DNA of 64,000 nt from Limisphaerales bacterium (GTDB lineage: Bacteria > Verrucomicrobiota > Verrucomicrobiia > Limisphaerales > SXTU01): NCBI GenBank assembly GCA_009773355.1, contig WRPG01000001.1, positions 270,529 to 334,528 of the forward strand, in the 5' to 3' direction. The notes beneath the pieces are model-generated. The model ran no database searches and was not told the origin of the DNA. It was given only the letters and a program-made list of their open reading frames with translations. Each line of letters starts with the position of its first letter. The stretch's first letter is position 1. A program made the position numbers and the translations under genes. Positions 8,967 through 20,367 of this stretch are shown here, piece by piece.

Positions 8967-10388
8967 ATGAGCACTGAAAACAACTCCACTGGCTCCGGCG
9001 CGTCGCGTCGCGAGTTCCTCAAGTCTGCCACTGCTGCCACGGCTGCGGTTGCTGCCACCGGCATTATGAAGACGCCGGTCTATGGCCAGAACCAGGCCCC
9101 GTCCGCAAACGTGACCGGCGCAAACAACCGGATCAACGTCGGATTCATCGGCATCGGTGGCCAAGGCTTCAACGCCCATGTAAAAAACGCAAAGCTCTTC
9201 GCGGGGGAAAACAACCTCGGTCTCGCAGCCGTTTGCGATGTTTCAAAATACCGAACGGGCTTCGCCAAGGACCATGTGGCGAAGGACGAAACAGTAAAAG
9301 GCAAGGATGGATCAACCTCAAACGTGAAGGGGCACTCCGGTGTCCAGGCCTACGCGGACTACCGCAAACTGCTGGAGCGTAAAGACATTGATGCCATCTT
9401 CTGCGCGACGGTGGACCACTGGCACACGAAGGTGTCCGTCGCCGCGTTGCAATCCGGCAAGCATGTGTATGTCGAGAAACCGATGACCCGCTACCTCAGC
9501 GAGGCGTTCGAGCTTTACGACACCGTCAAGAGCACCAAGAAGATTCTCCAAGTCGGCTCGCAGGGCTGCTCGGATATGAAGTGGCACGAGGCCGCACGGC
9601 TCATTCAAGCCGGCAAGATCGGCCCCATCGTCATGTCGCAAGGTTCCTACATGCGGAATCAACCGAAGGGAGAGTGGAACTATCCCATCCAGACGTGGTG
9701 CACGCCAGAGGACACGGACTGGAACACTTGGATCAATCCGGTCGCAAAGAAAATCCCCTTCAACGCCGACCACTATTTCCGCTGGCGCAAATACTATCCC
9801 TACTGCGCCGGTCTGCTGGGCGACCTGTTCCCGCACAAGCTGCACCCCTATATGCTCGCTACCGGCAATCCGGAGTTCCCGACGCGCGTCGCGGCGGTGG
9901 GCAGCAAGAAGTTCCATACGGACAGGAACACGCCGAACACGCCTGAGCGCGACGTGCCCGAAATCATCCAGCTCATCGCCGAGTTCCCCAGCGGCTACGT
10001 GATGCACGTCACCAGCAGCACGGTGAACGAGGTCGGCACGCAGGAAATGATCCGCGGCCACAAGGCCACGCTCACGATGGCTGGCAACAAGGTGGAACTG
10101 ACACCGGGTCGTCCCTTCACCGAGGAGATTGATCCCTACACCAGCCCGGCCATGCCTGGCGAGAGTGTCCCCGCCCACCACAAGAACTGGTTCGACAGCA
10201 TCCGCGCCAACAAGCAGCCCAACGCAGGCATTGACCTCGCCACCAAGGTGCAGACCGTCATCTCGCTGGCCGAAATGTCCGAGCGCCTGAGCATCATGTG
10301 CTCCTTCGACCCGAAGACGCGCAAGATCACCGACGGCTCCGGCAAGGAGGTGAAGCCGCTCACCTACGGCAGCCTGCCGTTGTCCTGA
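8967..10388 (+). CDS. Gfo/Idh/MocA family oxidoreductase with Tat signal
   Basis: SRREFLKSATAATAAVAATG signal. Rossmann segment INVGFIGIGGQGFNAH. ATG at 8967. Confidence 0.85.
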   Translation: MSTENNSTGSGASRREFLKSATAATAAVAATGIMKTPVYGQNQAPSANVTGANNRINVGFIGIGGQGFNAHVKNAKLFAGENNLGLAAVCDVSKYRTGFAKDHVAKDETVKGKDGSTSNVKGHSGVQAYADYRKLLERKDIDAIFCATVDHWHTKVSVAALQSGKHVYVEKPMTRYLSEAFELYDTVKSTKKILQVGSQGCSDMKWHEAARLIQAGKIGPIVMSQGSYMRNQPKGEWNYPIQTWCTPEDTDWNTWINPVAKKIPFNADHYFRWRKYYPYCAGLLGDLFPHKLHPYMLATGNPEFPTRVAAVGSKKFHTDRNTPNTPERDVPEIIQLIAEFPSGYVMHVTSSTVNEVGTQEMIRGHKATLTMAGNKVELTPGRPFTEEIDPYTSPAMPGESVPAHHKNWFDSIRANKQPNAGIDLATKVQTVISLAEMSERLSIMCSFDPKTRKITDGSGKEVKPLTYGSLPLS

Positions 10389-10410
10389 GCTGCCGGGACA
10401 TGAATTCACG

Positions 10411-10453
10411 CCGGGCTTTGTGGTGTGTCACCGCGAAGCCCGGTTTTCTTTTC
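10411..10453 (+). terminator. Rho-independent terminator after the Gfo/Idh/MocA gene
   Basis: Stem CCGGGCTT (10411-10418) pairs with AAGCCCGG (10436-10443) and is followed by TTTTCTTTTC. Confidence 0.7.
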
Positions 10454-10458
10454 GCCGA

Positions 10459-10549
10459 GTGGAGTAACGGGGTGAAGGAGCGGTGGAGTGATGCACCGAA
10501 TTGAAGCATTGCCCCATCACTCCATAACTCCATCACCCCGTTCGCTCCA
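10459..10549. repeat. Imperfect palindromic element built from GGAGTnnn octamer units (family A, copy 1)
   Basis: Left arm GGAGTAAC GGGGTGAA GGAGCGGT GGAGTGAT. Core ATGCACCGAA. Right arm CATCACTCCATAACTCCATCACCCCGTT. A second copy lies at 43281-43364. Confidence 0.85.
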
Positions 10550-10553
10550 CGCC

Positions 10554-11525
10554 ATGACCACCGTTACCCTCGCCCGGCACGCGATGGCCACGCGGTTTGA
10601 ACTCGTCCTGCACGGGGAGGATGAGCTGAGGTTGCGCGCGGCGGGCGAGGAGGCGTTGGATGAAATCGCGCGGCTGGAGGACGAGCTGAGCTATTTCCGG
10701 CCAACGAGCCAGGTGTTTCGGCTAAACCAGGAAGCGGCGAAACGACCCGTGCGCGTGACACCATGGTTGTTCCGCCTGCTGCAACAAGCCCGCCAGCTCA
10801 CGGAGGAAAGCGGCGACACCTTCGACATCACCGTCGCGCCACTCATGCGCTGCTGGGGCTTCTACACGCGGGAAGGGCGTGTGCCGGAGCCGGCGGCGCT
10901 GGCGGAAGCGCGTGCGTGCGTGGGTATGAAGTTGGTGGAGTTGAACGAATCCGACTCCACGGTGCACTTCGCGCGCGAGGGCGTGCAACTCGACCTCGGT
11001 TCCATCGGTAAGGGCCACGCCGTCGAGCGTGCGGGTCTGCTGCTGCGCGAGGCGGGCGTGACCAGCGCGCTCCTGCACGGCGGCACGAGCACGGTGCTGG
11101 CGATTGGGACGCCGCCGGACGCAGATGGATGGAAGGTCGGTCTCGAAGACCCGGCGAACTTGCAGATCCTCCGGGACCACCCCGGCGTGCTCCTCCTGCC
11201 GCTGGCAACGGTGAAACTGCGCGACGAGTCGCTTTCCGTCTCCGCCGTCTGGGGCAAGTCCTTCACTGCGGCGGACAAGAGCTACGGCCATGTCATTGAC
11301 CCGCGCACGGGGCAGCCGACCACAGGCGCGTTGCTCGCCGCCATCGTGCTGCCCTCCGCCACGGAGAGCGATGCGCTCTCCACCATGCTGCTCACGCTCG
11401 GGCCGGATGGTTTCGAGCGGGTGGCAGGGTTGCGTCCGGGCTTGCGCGCATTGGTGGCCAGCCACGGGCAGGCGGATGAACCGCTGCGGATCACCGCGCG
11501 CGGCTTCGAGTTGCCCGTCCGCTGA
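10554..11525 (+). CDS. apbE: FAD:protein FMN transferase (ApbE family), no signal peptide seen
   Basis: HAMATRFELVL N-terminus and DLGSIGKGHAVERA motif. I prefer the ATG at 10554, because the upstream ORF extension only translates the repeat element. Confidence 0.85.
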   Translation: MTTVTLARHAMATRFELVLHGEDELRLRAAGEEALDEIARLEDELSYFRPTSQVFRLNQEAAKRPVRVTPWLFRLLQQARQLTEESGDTFDITVAPLMRCWGFYTREGRVPEPAALAEARACVGMKLVELNESDSTVHFAREGVQLDLGSIGKGHAVERAGLLLREAGVTSALLHGGTSTVLAIGTPPDADGWKVGLEDPANLQILRDHPGVLLLPLATVKLRDESLSVSAVWGKSFTAADKSYGHVIDPRTGQPTTGALLAAIVLPSATESDALSTMLLTLGPDGFERVAGLRPGLRALVASHGQADEPLRITARGFELPVR

Positions 11526-11545
11526 GTTCCAAACTCCCCAAGCAA

Positions 11546-11570
11546 AAGCGCCGGCGCAAGGCCGGCGCTT
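11546..11570. terminator. GC-rich hairpin between convergent apbE and rpoD (possible bidirectional terminator)
   Basis: AAGCGCCGGC gcaag GCCGGCGCTT gives a 10-bp stem. The T/A tracts are weak. Confidence 0.45.
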
Positions 11571-11599
11571 CGCAGTAAATTCAAACCGTCAGCCGCTGC

Positions 11600-13504
<1,905 letters not shown>

Positions 13505-13666
13505 AGTAATGGTCGGGTGCGCTCCGGCTTTCCGCGCCGGAAAAGAGCCGCCGAATATGGTTACACCCCCCTTGAGAGTCAAGGGGAGAGATGCGGAATA
13601 ACAGGGCTGACAGGGAACTTGCGGAAAAGCCCCGATAATCCGCCCCCTTCGCACGCTGCTTGCGGG

Positions 13667-14821
13667 TCAGCTTTCCTGCCGCGCCCGCAAATCCGCCACG
13701 CACTCGACGTGCTGCGTCTGCGGGAACATGTCGTGCGGCGTCACCTTCACCAGCTCGTAGCCGCCCGGCGCGCAGAGAATCTGCAAATCCCGCGCCAGCG
13801 TCGCCGGATGGCACGACACGTAAATCACCTGCTGCGGTCGCGCCCGCCGGATGCGCTCCAGCGCCGGACGCGGGACACCCGTGCGCGGCGGGTCCACCAC
13901 CAGCGTCGTCGGCTCGCCGGGATGCCGCGCCAGCAGCCCGCCAAGGTAATCCTCCGCCGGGCCGCCCACGAACTGCCCGTTCGTCACCCCGCGCAACGCC
14001 ATGTTCTCCTTCGCCGCCTTGATCGCCAGCCCGTCATACTCCACGCCCACGAACGACGTGACCAGGTCCGCCAGCTCCAGCGCGAAGAACCCCACGCCGC
14101 AATACGCGTCAATCAGCCGCCGCGACCCCGCGTCCCGCAACCGCTCGCGCACCGTCTCCACCAGCTTGGGCAGCAGGAAGAAATTGTTCTGGAAGAACGA
14201 ATCGCGCGGCACCACCCAGCCCTCCGGCGTCACCCGCAGCGTCACCTTCAAGCCCCCGCGCGGCGGCGGGTTCGCGATCACCTGCTGCAAATCCTCGTTC
14301 AGCACCGGCTCCGCGATGGCGCACTCGTTGATGCTCACCACGAACTCGTTGTCCATCCCCAGGAAGCCCAGCTCGATGCGCTGCTGCCGCTTGTTCCACT
14401 GCGTCCGCACCATGATGCGGTTCCGGTAGCCGTAGGGCTGCGGGCACGGCACCACCGGATCAATCACCGCCGCCGGAAACCCGCCCACCCGCTGGAACAA
14501 ATCCGCGATCTGCTTGTGCTTCGCCCGCAACTGCGCCGGATACGCCACATGCTGATACTGGCAGCCCCCGCACTCACCGAAATACCGGCAGCGCGGCTCC
14601 ACCCGCTCCGGCGACGCCGCCACCAGCCGCACCAGCCGCGCGCGCGCGAACTTCTTCTTCACCTCCGTCACCTCCGCCTCGACCACCTCGCCGGGGATCA
14701 CGAACGGCACGAACACCACCAGCTCGCCCACGCGCCCCACGCCCTCGCCGCCGAACGCGAGGTCGTGAATCGTCACCGTGATGAGTTGTCCCGGCGACAA
14801 GCCGGGTGAATCAACTGCCAT
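13667..14821 (-). CDS. 23S rRNA (uracil-C5)-methyltransferase, RumA/RlmD family (TRAM + Fe-S + SAM MTase)
   Basis: TRAM domain (ITVTIHDLAFGGEGVGRV). Cys cluster CRYFGECGGCQYQH. SAM motif IDAYCGVGFFAL. ATG at 14821. Confidence 0.85.
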   Translation of the reverse strand: MAVDSPGLSPGQLITVTIHDLAFGGEGVGRVGELVVFVPFVIPGEVVEAEVTEVKKKFARARLVRLVAASPERVEPRCRYFGECGGCQYQHVAYPAQLRAKHKQIADLFQRVGGFPAAVIDPVVPCPQPYGYRNRIMVRTQWNKRQQRIELGFLGMDNEFVVSINECAIAEPVLNEDLQQVIANPPPRGGLKVTLRVTPEGWVVPRDSFFQNNFFLLPKLVETVRERLRDAGSRRLIDAYCGVGFFALELADLVTSFVGVEYDGLAIKAAKENMALRGVTNGQFVGGPAEDYLGGLLARHPGEPTTLVVDPPRTGVPRPALERIRRARPQQVIYVSCHPATLARDLQILCAPGGYELVKVTPHDMFPQTQHVECVADLRARQES

Positions 14822-14891
14822 GGTGGGAGCTTCGCGTGGATGCACTGGCGTAATCAATCTTCCGTCGCGGAGCTGAATCGTTTCCACACCT

Positions 14892-14917
14892 GCCCGCCCC
14901 TCTTGCGAGGGGCGGGC
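14892..14917. terminator. Hairpin downstream of the DUF3500 gene (terminator-like, no clear U-tract)
   Basis: GCCCGCCCCTC ttgc GAGGGGCGGGC gives an 11-bp stem with a tetraloop. Confidence 0.4.
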
Positions 14918-14979
14918 TTCCCGGAGGACGGGATGGTGGAGACGCCAGCAGCTCTTGAGAGGCCGCCAGCGGTGAAGAG

Positions 14980-16029
14980 TCACTTCTTGTGGGCCTGCTC
15001 GTAGTGCCGCTTGAGCAGGTCCTCGCCGAAATCGTTGGTGAAGTCGCGCCACACGGCGTGGACGTGGTTCGCGCCGTTCTGCGTGTTGTCGTATTCGAGC
15101 AGGAAGGTCGGGCCTTGGACGCGGTAGTAGTGGCCGTCACCCCGGTTCAGGCCGCCGGCCCACGCGAAGGCGACCTTGTCCCAGCCGGCCTTGGCGATTT
15201 TCGCGAGGTCGCCCTTCGCCACGTCGGGGCGGACGCGGTTGGCATACTCGGCGACGACCTTCTTGAGCAGCTCCTGCTGCGCGCCGTTGAGCTTGGCGTA
15301 GCTGATGCCCTCGGGGCTGAGGCGGTCGGCCTTGACCTTCGCGCCGGTGATGATGTCGGGCGGCGCTTTCTCGGCGAAGATGGCGGTGGGGCGCTGGTCG
15401 GCGCTGAGGGATTTGACGAGTTCGCGGCCCAGGTCCTCCTCGACGCCCAGCACGCGCAGGCCCTTCTTGCCGCCTTCGCGGACTTCCGCCGGGTTCGTGC
15501 CCATGAAGGAGGGGACGGCGGCCACTTCCTTGCCGTCCACGATGGTGAAGCTCATCGAGAGGTGGTGGCCCTCGAAGCGCCAGGCCCAGGTGCCCTTCGC
15601 GTCGGGCGTGCCGTAGATGCTGACGAAGTAGAGAATGGGGTTGCGGTCCACCCGGGAGTTTTTCTCGAACTCCTTGAGGACGGCCTCAAGGCTCATGATG
15701 CCGGTGGCCTTGGCGTAGCCGCCCTCGCTCAGGGCGGATTGCAGGAGGGCGAGGGCGAGCTTGCGCTGGGCCTCGGTCATCTCGGTGAAGGGCAGGCCCT
15801 TGCGCCCGAACGACACCATTTCCGTGGGGATGAAGTGCCAGGCCTGCCGCGCCTCGGCCTTGAGGTCCGCGTAGTGGGCCTTGGCCTTCTGCTCGGGCTT
15901 GAGGGTGCCGAGGAACTTCTTGGCGGCGTCCGCCATCGCGTCGGCGGCGGGGTGGGCTTGCAGCGAGAGGGAAAACGCGAGGCCGGCGGCCAGCAGCGCG
16001 GCGCGGCGGAGGAGCGGGCGAATGTTCAT
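14980..16029 (-). CDS. DUF3500 domain protein, secreted
   Basis: Signal peptide MNIRPLLRRAALLAAGLAFSLSLQA. FEGHHLSMSF and LLEYDNTQNGANHVHAVWRD motifs. Confidence 0.8.
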   Translation of the reverse strand: MNIRPLLRRAALLAAGLAFSLSLQAHPAADAMADAAKKFLGTLKPEQKAKAHYADLKAEARQAWHFIPTEMVSFGRKGLPFTEMTEAQRKLALALLQSALSEGGYAKATGIMSLEAVLKEFEKNSRVDRNPILYFVSIYGTPDAKGTWAWRFEGHHLSMSFTIVDGKEVAAVPSFMGTNPAEVREGGKKGLRVLGVEEDLGRELVKSLSADQRPTAIFAEKAPPDIITGAKVKADRLSPEGISYAKLNGAQQELLKKVVAEYANRVRPDVAKGDLAKIAKAGWDKVAFAWAGGLNRGDGHYYRVQGPTFLLEYDNTQNGANHVHAVWRDFTNDFGEDLLKRHYEQAHKK

Positions 16030-16095
16030 GCGGTGATTCAAGACGAGCGGCGGGACAAAAACGATGCAAAAAAGTTTGCCCATCGGCTGACCGGC

Positions 16096-17166
16096 TTAAA
16101 TCCGCACCTTGAACTGCTCGCCGTGCTTGAGCGAGAGCGCGAAGCCGGCCATCAGCTCGGGGATCAGCTCGAGGTCGCGGAGGTTCACCAGCTCGACGGG
16201 CGAGTGCATGTAGCGGTTGGGCAGGCTGATGAGGCCGCTGGCGATGCCGCCGCGCGTCCAGAAGATCGCGTCGGTGTCCGTGCCGCTCGTCGCGCTGGTG
16301 GCCTCGTGCTGGAGGGGAATCTTGAGGTGCGCGGCGACCTGCTCCAGCCGCTCGACGACGGCCGGGTGGTTGCAGATGCCGTGCGTGACCGCCGGCCCGC
16401 CGCCGAGCTTGATGTCGCCGTGCATCTGCTTGTTCACCGTGGGATAATCCGTCGCGTGCGTCACGTCCACGACCAGCGCCACGTCGGGCTTGAGCGAGTA
16501 GGCGATCTGCCGCGCGCCCAGCAGGCCGACCTCCTCCATGATGTTCGAGACGACGCAGACCTCCGCCTTGAGCCGCTTCCGCTGCGGGCACAGCAGGCGC
16601 AGCGCCTCGGCCACGGCGAACGTCCCGATGCGGTTGTCGAAGGCCCGCGCCACCGCGAGGTCCCCGCGCAGGTGCTCGAACTCGTTCGTCATCGTGATCG
16701 GGTCGCCCACGCGCACGAGCGACTGCGCGTCCGCCTTGTTCACCGCGCCGATGTCAATGAACAGGTCGGCGATCTCCGGCACCTTGCGCTCCTTTTCGAG
16801 CCGGAACAGGTGCGGCGCGACGTTGCCGACGACGCCCTTGACCGGCCCCTTGCGCGAGTGGACCACGACGCGCTGCGCCTTGGCCACGATGGGGTCCACG
16901 CCGCCGAGCTTGCGCACCCAGATGAAGCCGTTGTCATCAATGAAGTTGACCACCAGCGAAATCTCATCCGCGTGCGCGGCGAGCATCAGGCGCGGCCCGC
17001 CGCCCTTGTTCAGCACGGCGACGCAGTTCCCGTAGGCATCGGAGAACGTCTCATCGGCGAACTCCTTCACATAATCGAGCCAGACCTTCTGCCCGCGCGC
17101 CTCGTGGCCGGACGGGCTGGGGGTGTTGACGAGTTTGGTGAGGAAGGAAAGTGATTCAGAACGCAT
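16096..17166 (-). CDS. M42 family metallo-aminopeptidase (FrvX/glutamyl aminopeptidase-like)
   Basis: LVNTPSPSGHE N-terminal motif. 356 aa from the ATG at 17166. Confidence 0.85.
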   Translation of the reverse strand: MRSESLSFLTKLVNTPSPSGHEARGQKVWLDYVKEFADETFSDAYGNCVAVLNKGGGPRLMLAAHADEISLVVNFIDDNGFIWVRKLGGVDPIVAKAQRVVVHSRKGPVKGVVGNVAPHLFRLEKERKVPEIADLFIDIGAVNKADAQSLVRVGDPITMTNEFEHLRGDLAVARAFDNRIGTFAVAEALRLLCPQRKRLKAEVCVVSNIMEEVGLLGARQIAYSLKPDVALVVDVTHATDYPTVNKQMHGDIKLGGGPAVTHGICNHPAVVERLEQVAAHLKIPLQHEATSATSGTDTDAIFWTRGGIASGLISLPNRYMHSPVELVNLRDLELIPELMAGFALSLKHGEQFKVRI

Positions 17167-17340
17167 GGGGCGTAGGGTAGGCAGCCGCCGACGTAGTCGC
17201 AACCTTCAGGTTGCGCAGCCGCAAGGATTCACCCGCTGCGCAGGCCAAAGCCAGCGAACCCCGCCCGAAAAAAATCTGGCGGCCCCGCCCTGCCCCGTTA
17301 AGCTGCCGCCCCTAACTCGGTTTTACCCGACTCAACCAAC

Positions 17341-18813
17341 ATGGAACCTACAGGCGACATCGCAGTCATCGGCCTGGCCGTCATGGGCCAGAACCTCATC
17401 CTCAACATGAACGACCACGGCTTCACCGTCGTGGCCTACAACCGCACCACGTCGAAGGTGGACGACTTTCTCGCCAACGAGGCCAAGGGCACCAAGGTGC
17501 TCGGCGCGCACTCCATCCCGGAGATGATGAGCAAGCTCAAACGCCCCCGCCGCGTCATGCTCATGGTCAAGGCGGGCAAGCCGGTGGATGAATTCATCGA
17601 GACGCTCCTGCCGCACCTCGAAGCGGGTGACATCGTGATTGATGGCGGGAATTCCCTTTTCGGCGACACCGACCGCCGCGTGAAATATCTCGAAGGAAAA
17701 GGCTTTCAGTATATCGGCACCGGCGTGTCCGGCGGTGAAGAAGGCGCGCGGCGCGGGCCTTCGATCATGCCCGGTGGTTCGCACTCGGCGTGGGCGGCGG
17801 TGAAGCCGATCTTCCAAGGCATCTCGGCCAAGGTGGACGGCGGCGCGCCCTGCTGCGACTGGGTGGGCGAGGGTGGCGCGGGCCATTACGTGAAGATGGT
17901 CCACAACGGCATCGAGTATGGCGACATGCAGCTCATCTGCGAGGCCTACAACATCATGAAGCACGGCCTCGGCCTCAGTGCCGACGAGATGCACGAGGTG
18001 CTCAAGGAGTGGAACCTCGGCGACCTCGACAGCTACCTGATCGAGATCAGCCGCGACATCCTCGCCAAGAAGGACGAGGACGGTTCCCCGCTGGTGGACA
18101 AGATCCTCGACACCGCCGGCCAGAAGGGCACGGGCAAGTGGACGGTGATCAATTCGCAGGACCTCGGCATCCCCATCACGCTGATGGCCGAGGCGGTCTA
18201 CTCCCGTTGCGTCTCGGCGCTGAAGGACGAACGCGTGAAGGCGGCGAAGAAGTTGAAGGGGCCACGTCCTTTCCTCACGAGCATCGCGGCGAACCCCGAG
18301 CGCAAGAAGCAGTTCATCGCCGACATTCGCGACGCGCTCTACGCCTCGAAGATCGTCAGCTACGCGCAGGGCTACATGCTCATGCGCGCCGCCGCCGCCG
18401 AATACAAGTGGAACCTCAACTACGGCGGCATCGCGCTGATGTGGCGCGGCGGCTGCATCATCCGGTCGCGCTTCCTGGGCAAGATCAAGGAAGCCTACGA
18501 CAAGAATCCCAAGCTGATGAACCTGATGCTGGACGACTACTTCCGCGGCGAGATTAAGCGCTGCCAGAAGGGCTGGCGCAAGATCGTCTCCACGGCGGCG
18601 CTGCGCGGCATCCCCGCGCCGGCGTTCAGCACCGCGTTGAGCTTCTACGACCAGTATCGCAGCGCCGTGCTGCCGGCGAACCTGCTTCAGGCCCAGCGCG
18701 ACTACTTCGGCGCGCACACCTACGAGCGCCTCGACAAGCCGCGCGGCGAGTTCTTCCACACGAACTGGACCGGTCGCGGCGGCAACATCTCGTCGAGCAC
18801 TTACAACGTGTAA
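17341..18813 (+). CDS. gnd: 6-phosphogluconate dehydrogenase (decarboxylating)
   Basis: IGLAVMGQNLILNMNDHGF NAD(P)-binding start. GTGVSGGEEGAR. VHNGIEYGDMQLI. 490 aa. Confidence 0.95.
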   Translation: MEPTGDIAVIGLAVMGQNLILNMNDHGFTVVAYNRTTSKVDDFLANEAKGTKVLGAHSIPEMMSKLKRPRRVMLMVKAGKPVDEFIETLLPHLEAGDIVIDGGNSLFGDTDRRVKYLEGKGFQYIGTGVSGGEEGARRGPSIMPGGSHSAWAAVKPIFQGISAKVDGGAPCCDWVGEGGAGHYVKMVHNGIEYGDMQLICEAYNIMKHGLGLSADEMHEVLKEWNLGDLDSYLIEISRDILAKKDEDGSPLVDKILDTAGQKGTGKWTVINSQDLGIPITLMAEAVYSRCVSALKDERVKAAKKLKGPRPFLTSIAANPERKKQFIADIRDALYASKIVSYAQGYMLMRAAAAEYKWNLNYGGIALMWRGGCIIRSRFLGKIKEAYDKNPKLMNLMLDDYFRGEIKRCQKGWRKIVSTAALRGIPAPAFSTALSFYDQYRSAVLPANLLQAQRDYFGAHTYERLDKPRGEFFHTNWTGRGGNISSSTYNV

Positions 18814-18828
18814 GCAACGCAGTCTTCG

Positions 18829-18861
18829 AGGGTGTCGCCTGTGATGGGCGACACCCTTTTT
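18829..18861 (+). terminator. Rho-independent terminator of gnd
   Basis: AGGGTGTCGCC tgtgatg GGCGACACCCT followed by TTTTG. Confidence 0.8.
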
Positions 18862-18923
18862 GCTGCAATGGGCCGGGGTTTTCAGCAAGCTGGCCCGCGC
18901 AAAGCGATTAGCCGCCTGACTTG

Positions 18924-20081
18924 ATGAAAAACGTCGTCCTCCTCGGCTCCACCGGCTCCATCGGCACCAGCACGCTCAAGGTCGCCGATGACCTGCCCGA
19001 CCGCCTGCGCATCCTCGGCATGGCGGCGGGCAACAACTCCGAGCTGCTCCTCGAACAGACCCTCAAGTATCAGCCCGCCGCCATCTCCATCACCGACCCG
19101 GCGAAGGCCAACGAACTCCAAGCCAGCCTTGGCACCAAGGTCACGGTCCACGCCGGCAACGAGGGTCTCCTCAAACTCGCCACCATGCCCGAGGCGGACA
19201 TCGTGCTCATCGCCATCGTGGGCACCGCCGGTTTGCAACCCGCCCTTGCCGCCATCCGCGCGGGCAAAGACATCGCCGTCGCCTCGAAGGAAATCCTCGT
19301 CATGGCCGGCGAGACCGTGATGCACGAAGCCCGCAAGCACGGCGTGAAAGTCCTCGCCGTGGACAGCGAGCACTCCGCCATCTTCCAGTGCCTCGACGAC
19401 AAGCCGCCCGCCTCCGTCCGCAGCCTCTGGCTCACCGCCAGCGGTGGACCCTTCCGCGACAAGGCGCTGCACCCGAAGGAATCCTTCGCCGACATCACCG
19501 TCGAGCGCGCGCTGAAGCACCCGAGCTGGGTCATGGGCCGCAAGATCACGATTGATTCCGCCACCCTCTTCAACAAGGGCCTGGAGATGATCGAGGCCCG
19601 CTGGCTCTTCGACATCGGCATGGACCGCGTGCGGGTCGTCGTGCATCCGCAGAGCGTCGTTCACTCGATGGTCGAGTTCGTGGACGGCTCCATCATCGCG
19701 CAACTCAGCACGCCCGACATGTGCCTGCCCATCCAATACGCCCTCACCTACCCCGAGCGCGTGGGCAGCGACCGCGTGCAGACGAACTTCGCGAAAATCG
19801 GCAGCCTCACCTTCGAGGAACCGGACACCGACCGCTTCCCCTCGCTCAACCTCGCGCGCCGCGCGGGAGAAGTCGGCGGCACCCTCCCCGCCGTCCTCAA
19901 CGCCGCCAACGAAGTCGCCGTGGAAGCCTTCTGCAACCGCCAGATCAAGTTCACCGACATCTCCGCCGCCGTCGCCCGCGCGATGGAGACGCACCGCGTC
20001 ATCGCACATCCCACGCTGGAGCAAATCCTAGAGGCGGATGCGTGGGCGCGAAATGACACGCTTGCTGGAGTGCGGGGGTGA
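18924..20081 (+). CDS. dxr: 1-deoxy-D-xylulose-5-phosphate reductoisomerase
   Basis: MKNVVLLGSTGSIGTSTL and the NKGLEMIEA motif. ATG at 18924 (the track starts at a TTG at 18921). Confidence 0.95.
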   Translation: MKNVVLLGSTGSIGTSTLKVADDLPDRLRILGMAAGNNSELLLEQTLKYQPAAISITDPAKANELQASLGTKVTVHAGNEGLLKLATMPEADIVLIAIVGTAGLQPALAAIRAGKDIAVASKEILVMAGETVMHEARKHGVKVLAVDSEHSAIFQCLDDKPPASVRSLWLTASGGPFRDKALHPKESFADITVERALKHPSWVMGRKITIDSATLFNKGLEMIEARWLFDIGMDRVRVVVHPQSVVHSMVEFVDGSIIAQLSTPDMCLPIQYALTYPERVGSDRVQTNFAKIGSLTFEEPDTDRFPSLNLARRAGEVGGTLPAVLNAANEVAVEAFCNRQIKFTDISAAVARAMETHRVIAHPTLEQILEADAWARNDTLAGVRG

Positions 20082-20121
20082 CGCGCTTGCCGTCGCGAAG
20101 TCGTAAGGATACTGTCCTGCC

Positions 20122-20367
20122 ATGACGATTGAAGTTCAGGACGAACAGTTGCAGGGGCTGGAGTTGACTCAAGCTCAGGCGCTCGTGGACTTCGCCGTCG
20201 GGTTGTTCACGGAACGCCGCATCACCTTGGGCCGCGCGGCGGGCATCGCGCGACTGACGCAACTGGACTTTCAGCGTGAGCTGAGCCGGCGGGACATCCC
20301 AATCCACTACGACGTGGCGGACCTGCAGGCCGATTTGCGCACCCTCACGGCACTGCGTGAGTCATGA
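20122..20367 (+). CDS. UPF0175 family antitoxin
   Basis: 81-aa ORF. LVDFAVGLFTERRITLGRAAGIARLTQLDFQRELSRRDIPIHY is typical of UPF0175. Its stop overlaps the downstream ATG (ATGA). Confidence 0.75.
   Translation: MTIEVQDEQLQGLELTQAQALVDFAVGLFTERRITLGRAAGIARLTQLDFQRELSRRDIPIHYDVADLQADLRTLTALRES

Noticed and set aside
8967-11525. Possible ApbE flavinylation target: an SGAS motif (NSTGSGAS) in the Gfo/Idh/MocA protein adjacent to a signal-less ApbE
   Set aside because: The motif lies in the n-region of the Tat signal peptide, upstream of the twin arginines, so it would be removed or unstructured. It also lacks the Asp usually found 6 residues upstream in Dxx(S/T)GA(T/S) sites. A canonical terminator and a repeat element separate the two genes. 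It is probably coincidental.
14989-17154. 721-aa plus-strand ORF spanning two genes
   Set aside because: It is antisense to both the DUF3500 and M42 peptidase genes and crosses their intergenic gap. Its composition is typical of a shadow ORF.
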